Virus record (IMG/VR): IMGVR_UViG_3300008807_000162
Span: 1-42,071 of that record
DNA length: 42,071 bases
Direction: 5' to 3' (one strand)
Source: a virus
Shown: positions 25,237 through 31,374 of the stretch, piece by piece
Layout: each line of letters opens with the position of its first letter
How positions within the stretch are numbered: the first letter of the stretch is position 1
Made by a program: the position numbers and the translations under genes
The notes under the pieces: generated by a model
Seen by the model: only the letters and a program-made list of their open reading frames with translations
Database searches by the model: none
Told to the model about the DNA's origin: nothing

Positions 25237-25830
25237 TCAGCCTCCAGCCTTGGTGGCTTCGCGAAGACGCTTGGCCGCCTGCAAGATGATGATCTTGGCG
25301 TTAGCGGCCCCCGCAGCGGCCCCCGCAGCGTCCCCCGCAGCGGCCCACGCAGCGGCCCCCGCAGCGGCCCACGCAGCGGCCCCCGCAGCGGCGTCAATCT
25401 TCCCGTTGGCGAAGTCGCGCGCCGCCTGGATAGCCTTGGCGGGGCGATCATCCTTCGGCCGCACCTTGTAGAAGATCGGCAACACCTTCTCGGCCATGTC
25501 GGCTGCGGCGAGGCGCATGGACTTCTCGTCCAGCAAGCCGACGATCTTGATCAGGCGCGCTTGGGCGAATGCCGTCTTGTTGCCGTCCTGCGATTCGTCG
25601 CCCTTGCCTTCGGCTTCGCAGAGATAGCCAGTGATGGGCACGCGAGGCAGCCACTCGACGATGCCGACAGCCTTCACAAGGTGATAGCCGCTTAAGCATG
25701 CCTCGACGTGATCGACCTTCGGCATCCACTTGCCGGGACGCGATCCCTTGGGCGCGAACCATCGGCCCGACCCGCCGTGGATGGGCTCGAAATCAGTTGA
25801 GACTATCTTGTAGAGCTTCGCGGTCTGCAT
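25237..25830 (-). CDS. Hypothetical protein with Ala/Trp/Gly low-complexity repeat (first gene of the leftward operon)
   Basis: Met57 of ORF 25237..25998, giving 197 aa. N-terminal domain MQTAKLYKIVSTDFEPIHGG...CLSGYHLV. C-terminal AAAGAAAWAAAGAAAWAAAGDAAGAAAGAA. Confidence 0.65.
   Translation of the reverse strand: MQTAKLYKIVSTDFEPIHGGSGRWFAPKGSRPGKWMPKVDHVEACLSGYHLVKAVGIVEWLPRVPITGYLCEAEGKGDESQDGNKTAFAQARLIKIVGLLDEKSMRLAAADMAEKVLPIFYKVRPKDDRPAKAIQAARDFANGKIDAAAGAAAWAAAGAAAWAAAGDAAGAAAGAANAKIIILQAAKRLREATKAGG
25304..25393. repeat. Tandem 12-bp repeat, about 7.5 copies (GCGGCCCCCGCA / GCGGCCCACGCA / GCGTCCCCCGCA)
   Basis: Read directly from 25304. In-frame within CDS 25237..25830, encoding (AAGA/AAWA)n. 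Confidence 0.9.
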
Positions 25831-25834
25831 GTGC

Positions 25835-25855
25835 GGCCTCGTGTTTGGTGAGGCC
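25835..25855 (-). promoter_or_regulatory. Leader hairpin of the leftward early operon, sequestering its SD
   Basis: GGCCTC (25835-25840) pairs with GAGGCC (25850-25855) around a 9-nt loop. In mRNA sense this reads GGCCUCACCAAACACGAGGCC-GCAC-AUG, so the GAGG of the SD lies in the stem. Confidence 0.45.
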
Positions 25856-25896
25856 ACTGTACCCATAAATGGGTGATAGTCAACCAAGAAATGGGT
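25856..25896 (-). promoter_or_regulatory. PL-like promoter with two operators (OL)
   Basis: In minus sense: ACCCATTTCTTGGT, TTGACT (-35, 25883-25878), 16-nt spacer containing the palindrome ACCCAT-tt-ATGGGT (25861-25874), TACAGT (-10, 25861-25856). Homologous to 27007..27048. Confidence 0.65.
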
Positions 25897-25939
25897 AGAC
25901 ACCCAGTTTATTATTTCCCCCGTGGGACGGGAGGTTGAA

Positions 25940-26575
25940 ATGAAACGGGTGTTTCTTGCTGCGGCGGTGGCTTTGGCCGTTGCCGCCTGCGGTGCCAAGG
26001 TTGAGACTAATGTGACGGCTTTTCACAACCTCTCGTCCGCACCGCGTGGACAGACGTTTGTGATGATCCCCCTCAAGAGTCAGGAGGGAAGCCTTGAGTT
26101 CCAAACCTACGCCGGCATGGTGGCGAGCCGGCTGGCACAGAAGGGGTTGGTGCCCACGCAGCAGGCCACGGGCGCGGACTACGCAGTGTTCATTGCCTAC
26201 GCGATTGACGAGGGTAGAACGAGCGTGTCATCGGCCCCAGTTTTTGGCCAGACAGGTGGTGGGACGACAACCACAACGTCAGGCTACGTTGGGCGTACGC
26301 CGGTATATGGCTCCTCTTATACGGCGCCTACGTACGGGATTACCGGATATGTGCCTGTCGAAGATACAGTTTATGGCCGCGCAGTGAAGATCGTCATTCT
26401 TGACGCGAAGCGTACTGTCGCAGAGGGCAAGAACGTCGTGGTTTATGAGGCGACGGCAGCCAGCACCGGATCCAGCGGCAACCTCAACATGGTGATGGCA
26501 CCCATTCTAGATGCAGTTTTTGAGGATTGGCCTGGAAAAAGCGGCTCAACGCAGCGTCGCGTAAAGCCAATGTAG
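25940..26575 (+). CDS. Lipoprotein (DUF4136-like, tentative), candidate lysogenic-conversion or exclusion gene
   Basis: MKRVFLAAAVALAVAACGA has a lipobox (VAAC). GGGAGG upstream of ATG 25940. 211 aa. Located inside the immunity region, convergent with the repressor gene. Confidence 0.7.
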   Translation: MKRVFLAAAVALAVAACGAKVETNVTAFHNLSSAPRGQTFVMIPLKSQEGSLEFQTYAGMVASRLAQKGLVPTQQATGADYAVFIAYAIDEGRTSVSSAPVFGQTGGGTTTTTSGYVGRTPVYGSSYTAPTYGITGYVPVEDTVYGRAVKIVILDAKRTVAEGKNVVVYEATAASTGSSGNLNMVMAPILDAVFEDWPGKSGSTQRRVKPM

Positions 26576-26588
26576 AATTTGCCAAGGT

Positions 26589-26981
26589 TTACCGACCCAA
26601 GCGCTTAAGGTAGCGCTGCAAGACGAAAACGGCCTTTTCCTCTTCCGGACTCATCTTCTCGGGGTCGTAAATTTCCTTGGTCAGCACGTCGTAGAGCCGA
26701 TGGGGGGCCGCGGGAGCGGCGGCCTGTGACTCGGCAAATCCGTGGCCTGAGAAATTGACCGTATCTGGAGGGGACTTGCCGGTCTGCAGAAACTGCGCGG
26801 TCGTTCCTAGTGCGGTGGCAATCTCGATGATTGCGCGAGGCGACGTGACAATCCCATTTTCCACATTGGCCACGCTCTGCTGTGAAAGCTTTCGGCCGAG
26901 TCGAGTTACTGCTGCGGCCAACTCTTCTTGGGAGAGGCTTCTTGCCTCACGCAGCTCTCTAATACGCTGAGCTATCGACAT
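26589..26981 (-). CDS. XRE-family (CI-like) repressor without a peptidase S24 domain
   Basis: Start MSIAQRIRELREARSLSQEELAAAV...SQQSVANVENG (HTH_XRE) at 26981, chosen because the longer form would cover the operators. 130 aa. The C-terminal half is too short for an S24 domain and unlike one. Confidence 0.8.
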   Translation of the reverse strand: MSIAQRIRELREARSLSQEELAAAVTRLGRKLSQQSVANVENGIVTSPRAIIEIATALGTTAQFLQTGKSPPDTVNFSGHGFAESQAAAPAAPHRLYDVLTKEIYDPEKMSPEEEKAVFVLQRYLKRLGR

Positions 26982-27006
26982 TTGGGTAGGATGCCACAAA
27001 GCGCCC

Positions 27007-27048
27007 ACCCATTTCTTGGTTGACCGAATACCCATTTATGGGTACGCT
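27007..27048 (+). promoter_or_regulatory. PR-like promoter with two operators (OR)
   Basis: ACCCATTTCTTGGT (27007-27020), TTGACC (-35, 27020-27025), 17-nt spacer containing ACCCAT-tt-ATGGGT (27030-27043), TACGCT (-10, 27043-27048). The ATG of the cro-like gene lies 8 nt downstream. Confidence 0.65.
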
Positions 27049-27056
27049 CAGCACTC

Positions 27057-27284
27057 ATGGACACCACCCCCCTCCGCAAAGCATGCAAGATCGCCGGCGG
27101 TCAGGCCGCTCTCGGCCGCCTGATCGGCCGCAACCAGAGCACCATTTGGAATTGGCTGCAGAACGGCATCCCGTCTGACGATTGCCCCGCGGTTGAGAAA
27201 GCCGTGAAAGGCGAAATCACCCGTTACGATCTTCGTCCCGATGTCTTCGGCCCACCTCCCTCCAAGCAGGGAGAGGCGGCATGA
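27057..27284 (+). CDS. Cro-like / YdaS-family HTH regulator
   Basis: 75 aa. ACKIAGGQAALGRLIGRNQSTIWNWLQNG fits an HTH. Divergent from the repressor gene. Confidence 0.65.
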   Translation: MDTTPLRKACKIAGGQAALGRLIGRNQSTIWNWLQNGIPSDDCPAVEKAVKGEITRYDLRPDVFGPPPSKQGEAA

Positions 27285-27670
27285 GCGCCCATTCAATTCT
27301 TCTCGTCGCTTGCCGGTGGCTGCGCCAGAAGTTCGAGCTTCTGGACCGCTTCCTTGAGCATTGGGAGCGAGGCCAACGGAAACCGAAGGCTAGCCGCAAC
27401 TTGGCGTCCGTTGATGGATCGTCCGTCTGCGGTGCCGGTATGCATGGTGTATTCGAGCGTCACGTTGCACATGCCGAGATACAGGCCCTGTGTCGTAACG
27501 ACATCGAAGTATACGAGCGGGGCATTGCCGGCGCGCAGCAGGGTTATTTCCCTCTCCAGATCAACTACAGGGGGCAAAGTTTCGTCGGCCATAGGTACCT
27601 CGATGGTTGTGCAAACCAGCAACATTATCGGGCGCTTCCGCCATCTGCCAACCGCGGAGCTACCGCCTGA
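27281..27670 (+). CDS. Alternative 129-aa ORF (mutually exclusive with 27293..27592 on the minus strand)
   Basis: ATGA overlap with cro-like, TGATG overlap with the next gene, GAGG upstream. However, the product is Cys/His/Arg-rich and GC3 is only about 63% by my count. Confidence 0.35.
   Translation: MSAHSILLVACRWLRQKFELLDRFLEHWERGQRKPKASRNLASVDGSSVCGAGMHGVFERHVAHAEIQALCRNDIEVYERGIAGAQQGYFPLQINYRGQSFVGHRYLDGCANQQHYRALPPSANRGATA
27293..27592 (-). CDS. Antisense-oriented 99-aa hypothetical protein with its own promoter and SD
   Basis: Start MADETLPP at 27592 with GAGGT 5 nt upstream. Ordinary residue mix (VVDLEREITLLRAGNAPLVYFDVVTTQGLYLGM). Promoter-like TTGGCA-18-TAATGT upstream. GC3 about 67% by my count. 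Confidence 0.45.
   Translation of the reverse strand: MADETLPPVVDLEREITLLRAGNAPLVYFDVVTTQGLYLGMCNVTLEYTMHTGTADGRSINGRQVAASLRFPLASLPMLKEAVQKLELLAQPPASDEKN
27622..27651 (-). promoter_or_regulatory. Candidate sigma70 promoter for the minus-strand ORF 27293..27592
   Basis: Minus sense: TTGGCA (27651-27646), 18-nt spacer, TAATGT (27627-27622). Confidence 0.4.
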
Positions 27671-27849
27671 TGCGCCCCGCAGACGCCACGCCTGACGAGA
27701 AAGAGCCCGTGAAGCCGTGGCGTCCTCTCAGCGATGAGCATCGCGCGAAGATTTCCGCCGCCAGAAAGCGTCAAACCCGCCCACAGCGCATTGGTGGCGT
27801 CGTCGCGTCTTGGGTCCTCGACGAAGAATTTGACGAGTTGGAGGGCTGA
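27670..27849 (+). CDS. Small protein with a NUMOD3-like motif
   Basis: 59 aa from MRPADATPDE. LSDEHRAKISAARKRQ resembles the NUMOD3 DNA-binding motif of homing endonucleases. Confidence 0.45.
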   Translation: MRPADATPDEKEPVKPWRPLSDEHRAKISAARKRQTRPQRIGGVVASWVLDEEFDELEG

Positions 27850-28464
27850 ATGCGCCCGCACGACGCCACAGGCTTGGTCGAGTTCTACGCGGAGAAGCGC
27901 CGGAAGTACGACGGGCTCGCCTACAAGGCACCCGTAATCGTGGCCCCCGAGCCGATCCGCATAAAGCTGGTGGATGACGCCGAGCGAACGAAGCTCATCG
28001 GCCAGATCGAGCGCCTGAAGGCCGATCTTTCGGCCGCCGTGGCGGAGAACCTGAAGCTGCAGGAGATGGTGGCCGGGTTCAGGCCCCACAATGTGCCGAC
28101 CTCGCGAGCGCCGATAGCCATCCTCGCGGTTCAGACCGCTTTCTGCGAGACCATGATTTCCATCGGGCGCGCGGTCGATGACGGTTCCTCGTGGACACTT
28201 GAGCATTTGAAGGCCCCCCGGCGCGCCGCCGATCTGGCACGCCCCCGGCATGTCTGCATGTGGCTGTGCCGGAAGATTTGCACGACGGCCTCGCTGCCTC
28301 AGATCGGGCGTGCGTTCGGCGGTCGCGACCACACGACGGCACAGAACGGCATCCGCCGCGCGCCCGTGCACATGGCGGGCGATGCGGACCTGCACATGGC
28401 CGCGCTCACGATCCTCAAGCGGTTCGACTGCGTTGCCGATTTGGAATCGGGAGGGACGCCATGA
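27850..28464 (+). CDS. Replication-associated protein with DnaA domain IV (Bac_DnaA_C) HTH
   Basis: 204 aa. RPRHVCMWLCRKICTTASLPQIGRAFGGRDHTTAQNGIRR closely matches the DnaA C-terminal DNA-binding signature. Central coiled coil. No AAA+ motifs. Confidence 0.8.
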   Translation: MRPHDATGLVEFYAEKRRKYDGLAYKAPVIVAPEPIRIKLVDDAERTKLIGQIERLKADLSAAVAENLKLQEMVAGFRPHNVPTSRAPIAILAVQTAFCETMISIGRAVDDGSSWTLEHLKAPRRAADLARPRHVCMWLCRKICTTASLPQIGRAFGGRDHTTAQNGIRRAPVHMAGDADLHMAALTILKRFDCVADLESGGTP

Positions 28465-29327
28465 CAGGCGTGGGACTTCGACGCCCCTCCCGCGTGACCG
28501 GCGGGAGCCAAGGACGCGATCTCCATGAGTCCGAAAATGCTGCATTCAGGGAAAGAATACTCGCGAAGGTCATCCCGGAGCCAAACTCTGGCTGTTGGCT
28601 TTGGCTGGGAACCACCAGTGGGCACGGATATGCCCAGCTCAGCGTAAATGGCGAAATGACGCTGGCCTACAGGCTGACGCATCAGGCGTTCTTGGGCGCA
28701 ATCCCAGAAGGGATGCTTCTCAACCGCAAATGCGGTGTTCGCCTGTGCCTGAACCCTGACCACATGCGCCTCGTCACCGAGGCTGAGCATTTGGCGGAGG
28801 CCAAGAAGAAAAGGCGCAGCCGCCCCAAGCCGCCACATCGTGATGAACTGGACTGGAACGCCCTGGCGGAGATGGTGCGAGAGCGTCTTCTTGCGCACTC
28901 CATGCCCGAGCCCAATAGTGGATGTTGGCTGTGGACTGGCTACGCTGACAAGGACGGGTATGGCTACACCAGGATAGCCACGCATAACTTCCGAGCGCAC
29001 CGCGCCTCGTACATCGTGTTTCGCGGCGATATCCCGGAGGGCATGCGCGCTTGTCACAAGTGTGACAACGCCGGTTGCATCAACCCCGATCATATTTTCC
29101 TCGGAACAGATGCAGACAACATTGCGGACAAAATCCGCAAAGGACGGCATCGCGGCGGGGGGAACGCCGCCGGAAACGCGAAGCTCAATGCATCGGAAGT
29201 TCTGAGAATTCGGACGGAGTCAGGCACGCATCGCGACATTGGCGATAAGTACGGCGTCAAGGAGTCCACCGTTAGCCTGATAAAGCGCGGCAAGACTTGG
29301 CGACACCTGTTGGGGGCAGCCCAATGA
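28461..29327 (+). CDS. Tandem HNH_3-type homing endonuclease (degenerate N-terminal copy, intact C-terminal copy plus HTH)
   Basis: Met68 of ORF 28260..29327, giving 288 aa. Copy 1: EPNSGCWLWLG...RKCGVRLCLNPDHMRLVT. Copy 2: EPNSGCWLWTG...CHKCDNAGCINPDHIFLGTDADN, then LNASEVLRIR...GVKESTVSLIKRGKTWRHL. Paralogue of 3035..3532. Confidence 0.8.
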   Translation: MTGVGLRRPSRVTGGSQGRDLHESENAAFRERILAKVIPEPNSGCWLWLGTTSGHGYAQLSVNGEMTLAYRLTHQAFLGAIPEGMLLNRKCGVRLCLNPDHMRLVTEAEHLAEAKKKRRSRPKPPHRDELDWNALAEMVRERLLAHSMPEPNSGCWLWTGYADKDGYGYTRIATHNFRAHRASYIVFRGDIPEGMRACHKCDNAGCINPDHIFLGTDADNIADKIRKGRHRGGGNAAGNAKLNASEVLRIRTESGTHRDIGDKYGVKESTVSLIKRGKTWRHLLGAAQ

Positions 29328-29695
29328 CCAGTTCCTCCACCGCGCATCCAGGCATCGTCTCGTTGCCCGGCTCTCGATCCGTTTTCGCTGCGCTCCCCGA
29401 CCCCCTCGACACGCGCAGCCCCACCGGCGAGCTGCTGGGGACAATCGACGGCGATTGGTCGGTGGAGAAGCGGCTGCACCGGCAGTTTCACCGAGCGCGA
29501 ATCAGCCACCCGCGAGTTCCAGAGCTATTTGCCTATTCGATCATTGGCGGCGCGATTGAGGCTTTGATAGCCGCGCAGCCCGAGTGGGAGGACCTGACGG
29601 CCATTCCATGGCCAACGCGCACCTTCAACAACGCAGCCATGGATGCGCTTGTCGTCGAGATGACGATGAAGCGCCTGTTGAGGGGGCGCCAGTGA
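29324..29695 (+). CDS. Hypothetical protein, possible T5orf172/GIY-YIG-like remnant
   Basis: ATGA overlap, 123 aa. DGDWSVEKRLHRQFHRARISHPRVPELF resembles the E..LH..F...R....E.F end of T5orf172 domains. The N-terminal GIY-YIG part was not recognisable. Confidence 0.4.
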   Translation: MTSSSTAHPGIVSLPGSRSVFAALPDPLDTRSPTGELLGTIDGDWSVEKRLHRQFHRARISHPRVPELFAYSIIGGAIEALIAAQPEWEDLTAIPWPTRTFNNAAMDALVVEMTMKRLLRGRQ

Positions 29696-30327
29696 CCGAC
29701 GACCGATTGCAGGCGTTTGTTGACCGCATCGAGAACGTCGAGGGTGAGCAGCGCGACTTGGGTAAGGACAAGCGCGAAATATACGGCGAGGTGAAGGAGG
29801 CCGGTTACAACACCAAGGCCTTGCGCAAGATCATCGCCGCGCGCCGCCAGAAAGATCGGGAAGAGATCGAGGAGGCGATGGACGGATATCGCGTCGCCCT
29901 CGGTATGGCGGGCGCGGCTGTCCGCGGCGGTATGAGCCTGGACGATGCGCAGGTCGAGCATGGGTTTAGCCGATCTGCCATCCATCGAGAATCCCAGAGG
30001 CAAGAAACGTTGTCAGTGGGACGGACCATGGTTGCCGATGACCTTGGCGAATGGCTCCCCACGCATGACCCCAATACCGGCGAACTGCCTCGCGAGATGT
30101 GTGGCGACGATCTTGGCGACTACGCGTTGATCAAGCCTCGCGTCCGTGCCGAGCGCCCCAAGAGGGTCGAGGAGGATTTCGGAGAGAAGGTTCGCCAGAT
30201 GATTGCGGATGCCGGCCTCAAGCCCCGGACGGAACGCGACAAGTTCATCTCCGACGATGAAGCCATGCAGGCCTTGGAGGAATCCATTTCCCTCCGCGCC
30301 AATAGAAACGAAGGGGTGAGGGCGTGA
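29692..30327 (+). CDS. GapR-like (DUF2312) nucleoid-associated DNA-binding domain fused to an acidic C-terminal extension
   Basis: GTGA overlap, 211 aa. LQAFVDRIENVEGEQRDLGKDKREIYGEVKEAGYNTKALRKIIAARRQKDREEIEEAMDGYRVALGM aligns with GapR/DUF2312. Confidence 0.8.
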   Translation: MTDDRLQAFVDRIENVEGEQRDLGKDKREIYGEVKEAGYNTKALRKIIAARRQKDREEIEEAMDGYRVALGMAGAAVRGGMSLDDAQVEHGFSRSAIHRESQRQETLSVGRTMVADDLGEWLPTHDPNTGELPREMCGDDLGDYALIKPRVRAERPKRVEEDFGEKVRQMIADAGLKPRTERDKFISDDEAMQALEESISLRANRNEGVRA

Positions 30328-30485
30328 GGTCGCTTTTGCGCAAGCGCGCGCGGGAGAAGGCGCTGATCTACGGCGTAGATCGAACGAACTACGTGCGGCC
30401 CAAACGCAAGCGCTCCCCGCGTAAGCTGGAGCCTCAAGAGGTCATTGAGCGCTTGAAGAAGCGGACAGTCGGGGATTGCCCATGA
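30324..30485 (+). CDS. Small basic hypothetical protein (53 aa)
   Basis: Not in the ORF track. GTGA and ATGA overlaps at either end. High GC3. Confidence 0.5.
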   Translation: MRSLLRKRAREKALIYGVDRTNYVRPKRKRSPRKLEPQEVIERLKKRTVGDCP

Positions 30486-30679
30486 CCCGTCGCACGGAAC
30501 AGCGCAGAGCCGAGCGCGAAGTACAGAAGCTGGCTGATCGCCTTCAGTCGCTGATAGAGCGCCGCCGGTATGTCCCGCACTCGCTGATGCAGAAGCTGAA
30601 GGCGGCCCGCCTGCATGCTCTTCAGGTCGGTCCCAAGCGCTCATTGCCCCCGCCCGTCCACCATGGGGGAGGGCGGTAG
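30482..30679 (+). CDS. Small hypothetical protein (65 aa)
   Basis: ATG 30482 inside ORF 30476..30679. ATGA overlap. Confidence 0.55.
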   Translation: MTRRTEQRRAEREVQKLADRLQSLIERRRYVPHSLMQKLKAARLHALQVGPKRSLPPPVHHGGGR

Positions 30680-31096
30680 ATGGCCCGGCAACGTCCCGAG
30701 CAAGCCTTGCAGATCCAGGTGGCGCGGTTCCTGTCGGTCGCGTTGAAGCCGCCTGTCGTCTGGTCCGCGATCGGTCACGGCGGCGGCGGCCGGGTGCGCG
30801 GCGCGCAGCTCAAGGCCATGGGCCTTCGCAAGGGAATGCCCGACTTCATCATCATCGCGCCCGGGTGCGACGGCTACATGGGCGAACTGACGCCGCTTGC
30901 GATAGGGCTGGAACTCAAATCGCCCGCGGGCCGCCAATCGGCCGAACAGAGGGCACTCCAGGCCAAATGGGAGGAGTGCGGCGGCAAATTCGCCGTCGTT
31001 CGGTCTCTTGATGAGGTGGCGAGCTTTCTCAGCGGCACAGGCGTCCCCTTGCATGCCTCTTTGTCCTCCCCTCCGGTGAGGGAGAAGGTGGCGTGA
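30680..31096 (+). CDS. VRR-NUC domain nuclease
   Basis: 138 aa. EQALQIQVARFL...GGGRVRGAQLKAMGLRKGMPDFIII...IGLELKSPAGRQSAEQRALQAKWEECGGKFAVVRSLDEV fits the VRR-NUC PD-(D/E)xK pattern. Confidence 0.75.
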   Translation: MARQRPEQALQIQVARFLSVALKPPVVWSAIGHGGGGRVRGAQLKAMGLRKGMPDFIIIAPGCDGYMGELTPLAIGLELKSPAGRQSAEQRALQAKWEECGGKFAVVRSLDEVASFLSGTGVPLHASLSSPPVREKVA

Positions 31097-31374
31097 GTAG
31101 TGATTCGCTGACGCCTCGCGACGATAGGCCTGTGCCTCGCAAGTCGACGGCATATCAGCGTCGCCACAAGCACGGAAAGGGCACCCCGCTCTACAAGGAC
31201 GTGGAGAACGGACCACGCCGGATCTGCGTCACGCTCGACAGCGACGGATTCCGACGCATGGCGTGGCTCGCCAAGAAGCGGGGCGTGCCAATGAACACCG
31301 TCCTTCAGGATGCGGTGTACGCCTATTGCCTGCCGATTGCGGCAGATGCCGATGCGGAGGCAGGGCACTCATGA
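31093..31374 (+). CDS. Hypothetical protein, possible ribbon-helix-helix DNA binder; start uncertain (GTG 31093 or GTG 31132)
   Basis: 93 aa. RRICVTLDSDGFRRMAWLAKKRGVPMNTVLQDAV is RHH-like. Element copy d occupies codons 4-9. Confidence 0.55.
   Translation: MSSDSLTPRDDRPVPRKSTAYQRRHKHGKGTPLYKDVENGPRRICVTLDSDGFRRMAWLAKKRGVPMNTVLQDAVYAYCLPIAADADAEAGHS
31102..31118 (+). repeat. Dispersed element copy d: GATTCGCTGACGCCTCG
   Basis: Identical 17-mer to copy a. Lies 9 nt downstream of GTG 31093. Confidence 0.8.

Noticed and set aside
25304-25393. CRISPR-like array
   Set aside because: The units are 12 bp, contiguous and without spacers, and they lie in frame inside a CDS. This is a simple coding tandem repeat.
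26982-27035. Longer repressor form starting at ATG 27035, and GTG 25922 start for the lipoprotein
   Set aside because: The extended repressor would be translated through its own operators and the PR -35. The HTH begins right after Met19 (26981). The lipoprotein signal peptide begins at ATG 25940, which has a GGGAGG SD.
27625-28545. 306-aa minus-strand ORF antisense to the DnaA-domain and HNH genes
   Set aside because: It has the Arg/Gly/Pro/His-rich composition typical of off-frame translation of GC-rich coding DNA. It has no SD and lies opposite genes with strong family signatures.
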